Positions 10,101 to 17,471 of a stretch of DNA of 20,000 nucleotides are shown piece by piece. The notes beneath the pieces are model-generated. The model had not been told where the DNA came from. It saw nothing but the letters and a program-made list of their open reading frames with translations, and did not search any database. Position numbers and translations under genes: made by a program. Location: contig ML992525.1 in NCBI GenBank assembly GCA_010093995.1, positions 61,392 through 81,391 on the forward strand, given 5' to 3'. The first letter of the stretch is position 1. The number at the start of each line of letters is the position of its first letter. This stretch comes from Elsinoe ampelina. Lineage: Eukaryota.

Positions 10101-11789
10101 CGCCTATGATTGAGCGGGTGAACTACAACACATCGCGTAGAAGCTCTGTTGCATCCGCCACTTCCATACAGTCTGGGCAATCTGGCTCGACGGAACATTC
10201 GACCACAAGTGCAAGGAGCCAGACATTGTCTATCACTGCTGATGACGACGAGAGCGCGGCTACCCTTCTCACCGGTCACAATTCCGATCGCTGGGCGGGC
10301 GACGTGCACAGCGACTCTGATCAAAGCAATTTTGTTCAACCTGCCGACATGGTGGATGACAGCTTCAAAAGTAGCAGCCGTCGGAAGTATGAGAGGACAC
10401 AAAAGGGTCGTCATGGGAACAAACGTGCTCTCAAGACATATGGCAAGAGGGGTCAACGTCTGGCTCCACGCAAAACTGAGAATGTTCGCAGCTTCCCGCC
10501 CCGCAGTCTGTCCGGTCCCAATGCTTCTGATGATCCATATTATATCAAGCTGGGAGAAGGCATCGTGCTCGACTGGGCTGAAGAAGGTTGGGACGCCTTG
10601 TTTGGTTGTACCATTCGCTCGCCAGATGAACGTGGGTATGGTCTCATTGACGAGAAGACACTTCCTGTCGCCAAAGATCCCGAGCTAGATGCAAAGCTTG
10701 AAAAGCGTCAACGCAGAAAGAAGGATGGTATCTCATTGGAGGACTGCTTCGCCGAGACCGCAAGGACGGAGACATTGTCCGAAGAGAATGCCTGGTACTG
10801 CAATCGTTGCAAGGAATTGCGTCGTGCAGACAAGACGCTTGAAATCTGGACCGCGCCTGATATCCTGGTCGTGCATCTCAAGCGTTTCAGCGGTGAGCGA
10901 TATAGGCGGGACAAGGTCGATGTGCTTGTTGACTTTCCCACGGAAGGTCTCGATCTGTCCTCCCGTGTCGGTCTCCAGGAGGACGGGAAAGAGTACCTCT
11001 ACGATCTTTTCGCGGTAGACAACCACTACGGCGGTCTCGGAGGAGGCCACTACACTGCCTACGCCCGCAACTTCTGGGACGGAAATTGGTACGACTTCAA
11101 TGGTAAGCTCTCCTGTCTCACCCTCGTGCTCACTGCTAATGTGTCCAGACTCGATGGTCTCCAAAACCTCCCCTGGCTCCGTCGTGACCACGGCAGCCTA
11201 CCTCCTCTTCTACCGCCGCCGCTCCGACAAGCCCCTCGGTCCACCCTACCTCCAGGCTCTGGTCACCGAAGCCCGCGCCGCAGCCGACGCCTCCGACGAC
11301 GAACCCGTCGACGCCTTTGCCGGTGCAGGCCGCACTCTTGCCTCCGCGACAGAGCAGAAGAAATCCGACCCCACGACCCGCCTCCTCTTACCTGGTCCCA
11401 AGAAGCCGGAGCCGTTGTATGATTCTTCTCCGAGAGATGGCGCGCCAATCGGCACCTGCGATGGGAGGGTGATGCAAGGTCCCATTCGTCCGCCTGCGCT
11501 GGGGGGAGACGCGGGCTGGGGCTTCGGGGGACTGGATGGGACTGATGACGCGGACGCGGATGGGGATGGGGAAGGGGCGGGAGGCGCAGGGAGCGATGCT
11601 GATTCCATGAATCCTGAGACGGGAGAGGGAGATGGGGAGGGGAGGAGGGGGTTCATCTTGGGGGAACCGGAGGTGGAGCAGGAGGAGACGGGGGATATGG
11701 AGGGGGTGGTGCGCAGTGTGGAGTTTCTCGGTGATGGGGATGGGGATGGCAAGGCGGATGGCATTGACGAGGATGATGTGGAAGGGTAG
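7145..11789 (+). CDS. UBP12: Ubiquitin-specific protease, USP4/11/15-like (DUSP + C19 peptidase); join(start..11102,11149..11789). First in-frame ATG is 7475 (1422 aa); the proposed CUG start at 7145 gives 1532 aa
   Basis: DUSP motifs GYVLAADWL, GPIGPVDNSAI and DYEVLPKAAWDLIVEWYG. Cys box [20 protein letters not shown] (Cys codon 8729-8731), QQDSQEFL, Zn pairs CPEC and CNRC, VVHLKRF, His box YDLFAVDNHYGGLGGGHYTAY, WYDFN|DS, AYLLFYRRR. The start position is uncertain. Confidence 0.93.
11103..11148 (+). other. Intron of UBP12 (46 nt)
   Basis: Donor GTAAGC, branch GCTAAT, acceptor CAG. Splicing creates the FND motif and puts AYLLFYRRR in frame. Confidence 0.93.
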
Positions 11790-12381
11790 AGTTCTTCTTT
11801 GATGGTGGATTGGTGGGAGGGGTTGCGGGGTTCGAGTGAAGGGGATGAGGGGGTGGAGAGTTGGAGCGAGATGGAGGATGGGGATGGGAGTGTGGTTGCG
11901 GGAGAGGATGTGGTTGGGATGTTGCTGGCGAGTATTGGGGAGTGGGTGGATGTTGAACGTGGTGGGGAGAGGTGGGGGTATGAGGGGTTGGTTTCTTCGG
12001 AGGGGTAGGTCGTTGACGGGCTGGGGAAAGGGGGGGCAAGGTAGGGTAGTGAGTGATGGGCAGGGATCGGGTGGATGAGACATACGGATGGATGGCGATC
12101 GTTGCATGGTGGTATAGTATACAGGTCACTACAGAGCATAGGAGGCGTTAGACGCATGGAATATCGAGCATGGTGGTAGAAATGGCATTCGCTTGATCAT
12201 CACTGCTTGGTTCTGCCTTGATTGTCGTCCGACGCTCAGAGAAGTCTGACGCTCAGGGTAAATACTTGTGCAGAGGCAGATGCGAGGCTTGAAGGATATG
12301 ATCGCGAATCGTCAGATGATTTTTCCATTGATGGTTCACCTTCCAATACACCTGATCTCCCCTAGGGCACGAAAGAAGAGG

Positions 12382-15300
12382 TCAACTAAACCTCACCTCC
12401 CCCTCATAAACCCTCGCTCGCTGTTGTACCACAGCCACCAACTCCAGGATGAAATTCTGCAACACGACGATATTCGTGAGGACATGGCTCAGACTCACTT
12501 CCTTGGTCCCATCGTCCCTCTTACCCATGCCTTGCCCGTGTCCCACACGAGGCGAAGTCTCATAGTCTTCTCTTTCCGTGCCATCTCTTCCAGCAGCACT
12601 GCTTCCATCCCGCTCCTCACTGTCTCTTCCGTCATGACTCTGCCCTCCTGTCTCGCGGTCCTTACTCCTTCCCCTTTCAGGTGTCCCTACCGCAGAACTC
12701 CCCCTGCTACTCCCCGGCATGACTTCCCCTCTTAACCTCCCCGCTAGACCGACAGGACTGCGCGTTCGGGAGGCAAATCCGCTGTTGAAACCCGATGCTG
12801 TCTGCGGGGAAGACTCGGCCTCGCTTTCCGACTTTGTGGCGATGCCGATCACTCTGCCTCTACTGTCGAAGCGGACGCGGAGGTTGAGTGTTTCGGCGTC
12901 GTTCTCGCCTGATGAGCCGGGGGAGGCGGTGTACCGTGTTCCTTGGTGGGGTTCACGCGCGCCTAGAGGGGAGAAGCTGGGCGGGGAGAGGCCGCGGGCG
13001 GAGAGGCTGTTGTTGCGGCTGGGGTGTTTTGGTGGGGAGAGATGGGGGTGGAGAGGGGCCATGCGGGGTGGGGAGAGATTGTGATCTTTTTCTGGTGGCG
13101 GGGGCCGAAATACGCTGGCATTGAGGCTGGCGTGGGCGGGAGACGCGAAGGTTGGGTTACGCGACGTCGGGGAGCGGGATTGAACGTGAGCGTGGGTGAT
13201 AGAGGATGTGGGACTGGCTGGGCCGGCGATGTTGGTGGAGGGACGACGGCCACGAGGAATGGACGCTGCTCGGGTCGGGGAGGATGAGATTGAGGTTATG
13301 GAGGTGTGGCGGATGTGTTGGATGGGCGTACCGGCGTGCCTTGATCCCGGTCGTGACGGTGTGGGAGCCGGGCTTGGACTTGCGTGGCGCGATAATGACA
13401 AGGCTGGGTTCTTGGGAGGAATGAGCGGCTTGGCTGGCGACGAGAAGAGGTTGTCGATCTGTTGTGGTGTCTGCAGGATTGCTTTACGCTTCTGCAGTAG
13501 AGCATCGAATCGAGACAAGGAGTTCCGAAGAGAGTTGACCTGGCTTTCCAAGGACTGCAGAGTGCTGATGAGTACAGGTGCATTGGAAGGCTTGAGGATC
13601 GGCGGCCGATTAATGGACAGAGTTGCGGTCAAAGCAGATGCTTCTTCCTCGTCCAGCCATGATGGATCGAGGTGTCTGTGAGCATTCACCGTCTCTTTCC
13701 GCTTCTGGTTTTCGTATCGATCAGATCGAATGACCAAAAGGTCGCACAAGTCAATGTTGATGCTCATGCACAAGGCCATGACAGTCTCTGATAAAGCTAG
13801 ATTCGTATCGACTCCGTTACAAAGGAAGTTTTCGACAAGGGCGATGATGGCTTTCAAGCCAGTCTCATTCGTATCCAGCATCGACTTTGACACATGCTTC
13901 TGCATCTCGGAGAAGACAACGGAGTTATTGCGAGATGTGAAGCCGTGAGTAGCCTGGGCCCGTCGGACAACTGTCACCTCAAGGTTCCGCCGGACGTCAA
14001 ACGAAGCGCCGCTGAAAGCCTCGTCCATGCCATCGAGCCCGCCGATTGAGGCAGCGATACTCATCATAGCCGAAGTCTCCACAACAATGCCGCCAATAGT
14101 CCGCTCAGAAGTAAGATGCTCGCTCGTCAGTCTGACCAGAGCTCCGAGTGCATGCGCAGGTTGCAAAGTCAGTATAGTTGTGAAGAGCTTGAGTGCAGCA
14201 AAGGTCGTTTGTGGATTCTTTGACTGCAAGCCGTTGTGTATTAGGTCTACTAAGTTGAACAGACTCGGCTCCAGTCGTTCCTCTTCCGGCTCAGCGGGAG
14301 CCAGGATCATCAAGGACGACCGTCGCCTCATTACCGACGGTGAAGGAGGTCTTTCGGCGGGTGACCTTTGAGACGTGGCCAGGAGATATGAAAGCAGCAT
14401 ATTGGACAGACTTTCATCGGTCAAGGTCTGAAGAATGCTGTTCAAGTACGTCATGACTGCTACTGAAGAGCCGCCATCCGTATCCGAGGACTGCAACAGT
14501 GATGGATAGAGAAGCTGCTGGAGGAAAAGTATCTGAAAATGGTCCAACAGAGTCTGCTTGACATCGACGGATTTGCAGTGATCCAGGATGTCTTGCCAGA
14601 ATGTGAGATCGGACAGGAACGTGGCCATGTGAGCTTTGTGCGACTCGGACGATATGGTTTCTACACCCGTATCCTGATTATCTTCGAGGTAATCTGACAT
14701 TGCCAAAAGCATGGGAAGAGCATTTGGATCCTGAAGGAGAGATAGCTCCCTACTGAGCTGACTGTACAGAGCTCCAAGAGCAGAGGCCATGAGGGTAGGC
14801 AAGTCGCTGTGCACAATCCAAGCATCCAGAGTGACTGATCGCGAAGCAGCTTCGAATATGTACAGTAGTCCAGTCCTGGCAAAGTCGCCAATCCGTCCTT
14901 CGTGATGAACCCGATCCATGAAGAGATAGCATAACGGGAAGTCGTCCTTTTGTGTGATGCCAACAAAGCTCTTTTTCTCTCTCACAAACTCCTCTTCGCT
15001 CTCAGCTCTTCCAGACGGCGCAAACCACACATCGAGGATATCAGGTTCCAAGCGAATCTTGGCTGCTATGGCGAAAAGCACCTCCACAAGCTGCGCTTCG
15101 GTATCGTCGGTCACGTAGGCGTAGCCGGAATCCAGGACACGCATTGAGAATCGCATGAGGGACCTGGCGAAAGCTCTACTCGACACGAATCCCTCCATCT
15201 CGCTGTCGATGAGTATAGAGAAGAGGGCGACCGCTTCAGATATGACACGCTCATCTCTGCAGACCGAAGCAGCTCTTCCAATGGCTCCATAGATCTGCGA

Positions 15301-15660
15301 CGCGGCCGCGAATGACAGACAAGTGTACGGCGCGGGTGACCGAAGCTCTTCACGAAGGAGTGTCGACAACTGGCGGAGATCGACAACCAGTCTCTCGATC
15401 AGCGGGCCAGGCTGCGCGAGCAATTGAGGCTTGCTGCATCCTTGCTATATCCCCTTAGACTTGCTCCTCTTGATTCTGGCAGTCTACTCACGAGTGCTGA
15501 ATTGTATACGCGCTTGAAGCGATCAAGTCTTTGCTGCGGGTTGACCTTTTTGGGAGATGGTTGCTTATTTTGGCGACCTGATCCTCCTATCAGCCGGGAC
15601 CACTGGATACTCATCAGCCGCTTGTCTCGTATGCTCAAAGGCACGTCTTACAAAGTCCAT
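12382..15660 (-). CDS. fhipA: FHIP / FAM160 (RAI16-like) family protein, FTS-Hook-FHIP dynein cargo-adaptor subunit; complement(join(12382..15444,15492..15602,15652..15660)), 1060 aa
   Basis: Spliced N-terminus MDF|WSRLIGG...NPQQRLDRFKRVYN. Core motifs DRVHHEGRIGDFARTGLLYI, LGALYSQLSR, LLDHFQILFLQQLLYPSLLQSSD and NGVDTNLALSE. C-terminal SLSHVLTNIVVLQNFILELVAVVQQRA is typical of fungal FHIP. Confidence 0.85.
15445..15491 (-). other. Intron 2 of FHIP gene (47 nt)
   Basis: Minus strand: donor GTGAGT, branch-like TCTAAG, acceptor TAG. Phase 0, joins NSAL|QGCSKPQLL into the long ORF. Confidence 0.8.
15603..15651 (-). other. Intron 1 of FHIP gene (49 nt)
   Basis: Minus strand: ATGGACTTT|GTAAGA...GCTGAT...CAG|TGGTCC. 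Confidence 0.85.
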
Positions 15661-15910
15661 TGCATGTTGCGCGTCAGGCAACGTGAATCAGGGCGGCGTG
15701 GTGAAGCTTGATACTGTGTCCTTCGGGTCAAATTTGTGGATGAGTTCGCGCAATTTAGCATGTGGCCGCAGCATCACACATGACCGAGGTTCGCAACCAG
15801 AATCACTAAACTCTCATCATGACATGGTTCAGTGTTTGAAGCCGAGCGACGCGATCCTGACATGGCCCGGTGGGGTTGACGAGCTTGCAAGCTTGCCGCG
15901 GCTTATTAGT

Positions 15911-15980
15911 CCGCGCGGCTAAAAGCTTCACGTGATCAGAGGAGGATCACATGATTCTTTTTTTTTAAAAATAAAAAAAA
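15911..15980. promoter_or_regulatory. Candidate divergent-promoter elements: CCGCGCGG palindrome, paired E-boxes (TCACGTGA, TCACATGA) and a T9/A-rich tract
   Basis: Lies midway in the 624-nt gap between the FHIP ATG (15660, -) and the RING gene ATG (16285, +). Motifs are read directly; function is inferred. Confidence 0.4.
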
Positions 15981-16284
15981 CAGAGAAGGAGTTACCAAGC
16001 CGATATCCTTCTGGAACGTCTAGAGTAGGAGTGGCCAAATTTGATCGTAACCTCACCTTGCCGGGCACATCACCGATAGGTTGACAAGCTTTCCTTGAGT
16101 TCACTTTTGTTTCTCCTTCTTGACAGTTCAAAGTCTATTGTTCTTATGACGGCCAAAGCAATTAACCTTCATAGACATGTAGTCAGTGGATGACAATGGA
16201 TCTTATTGTGGTCGGAATATATATTCCACCTCTGGTGTCCTTGGACACATCTCATTCTTCACTTCCGCCACATCATCGACTATC

Positions 16285-17250
16285 ATGTCCGACTGCATGC
16301 CGCTCCGCTGGAAGGGACCACACCCACACGAACAAGCACAGCTATTACCAAGGAGGCAATCAAGATGCTCTCGAATACCCATACGCTCGTCACATACCGG
16401 AATGCACGCTCATCAGACACCACAAAATCCCATCCCTCTCGCGCCGTCACAATGTCCGATTTCTCCAGGCGTCTGGATCCCCCGTGTCATCGACCACGGC
16501 ATCAGCGCGAACGGGCGAAGCTCCGCGTCAGAAGGATCCGACATCCCATCCCCTTCTCCGCTGCCGCCGGACTTCCCTGTCCTTGAAGAAACACGATCCT
16601 TTCTGGAGCAGACAGCACACTTGAACCGTCTCTGGCGACAAGGAACCAACTTCGACTGCTTCGTACGCGAATATTTGCCGGAATACGATTGGGAATCGCG
16701 GTCAAGCTGCCCATCACTTGCAGAAGACCACTCCGATCTCGCCTCATGCTCAAGTTCATCCTCCATCGCCACCTTCGACAGCCGCTCACCCACGATCGAC
16801 AGCGACTCGCGGAACCCCACCGACCTCTCCAACATCACAACCGACCTGCCTCCCTGTCGAATCCCCTTCGACTTCCCCCTCGACCCAGCCAACCACACCT
16901 TTATGAGAGAGCCCGCTCCTATCTTGCTACGCACCCACGCCCATCCTTACGCTTACGCTCGCGACACATCCTCCTCAGAACCCCTAGGCCTCGACATGGA
17001 CTCTACTCGTCCTGAACCGCAAACAGACGAAGAGTTGACAGTTAAGCTAGACTGTAAGATTTGCTTTACACAGACGGCGGACACGGCCTGTATGCCGTGC
17101 GGTCATCTGGTCATGTGTCGGTGGTGTTCGGCGCAGTATGGTGACAGAGGACGACATTTTGGACACACATCGTTGAAGATCGGGCAAGGGTCGCTGTGTC
17201 CGCTTTGTAGGGAGTCAGTGGACGAGAAAGTGAGGGTCAGAGTCGTGTAG
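16285..17250 (+). CDS. C-terminal RING finger (C3HC4, zf-C3HC4_3-like) protein, putative E3 ligase, 321 aa; paralog A
   Basis: CKICFTQTADTACMPCGHLVMCRWC...CPLCR with all eight ligands present. First in-frame ATG is 16285 (the ORF track opens at GTG 16186). The N-terminal part is low-complexity. Confidence 0.7.
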   Translation: MSDCMPLRWKGPHPHEQAQLLPRRQSRCSRIPIRSSHTGMHAHQTPQNPIPLAPSQCPISPGVWIPRVIDHGISANGRSSASEGSDIPSPSPLPPDFPVLEETRSFLEQTAHLNRLWRQGTNFDCFVREYLPEYDWESRSSCPSLAEDHSDLASCSSSSSIATFDSRSPTIDSDSRNPTDLSNITTDLPPCRIPFDFPLDPANHTFMREPAPILLRTHAHPYAYARDTSSSEPLGLDMDSTRPEPQTDEELTVKLDCKICFTQTADTACMPCGHLVMCRWCSAQYGDRGRHFGHTSLKIGQGSLCPLCRESVDEKVRVRVV

Positions 17251-17471
17251 GCGGAGATGACGGTGATGGGGCCACTTGGCCCGAAAGACACGATGGAAAT
17301 GGTTAAGAGCCCCTACCCCACAGGGCTCGGCCTTAACGGACTTTGACGATAATCTACATCATCTTTACTCTTTTGCCTCTTAACCCTTTACCTTGTGCTA
17401 CATCTCTACCTAGAGAACACTTCATTGCGTTATATGTCTAATGTATTTTTTCACTACCGTATGTCATCACA

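Noticed and set aside
11246..12157. 303-aa, 239-aa and 158-aa minus-strand ORFs (Pro/Ser/His-rich)
   Set aside because: These are shadows of the G-rich UBP12 tail and UTR. The C-rich strand lacks stop codons in all three frames, and there are no domain-like features.
12268..15922. Numerous short plus-strand ORFs opposite the FHIP gene
   Set aside because: Antisense shadows of a long, motif-bearing minus-strand CDS.
16190..16624. 144-aa alternative-frame ORF (ATG 16190/16196) overlapping RING paralog A
   Set aside because: No recognisable motifs and no splice signals linking it to the RING frame; cannot be supported without transcript data.
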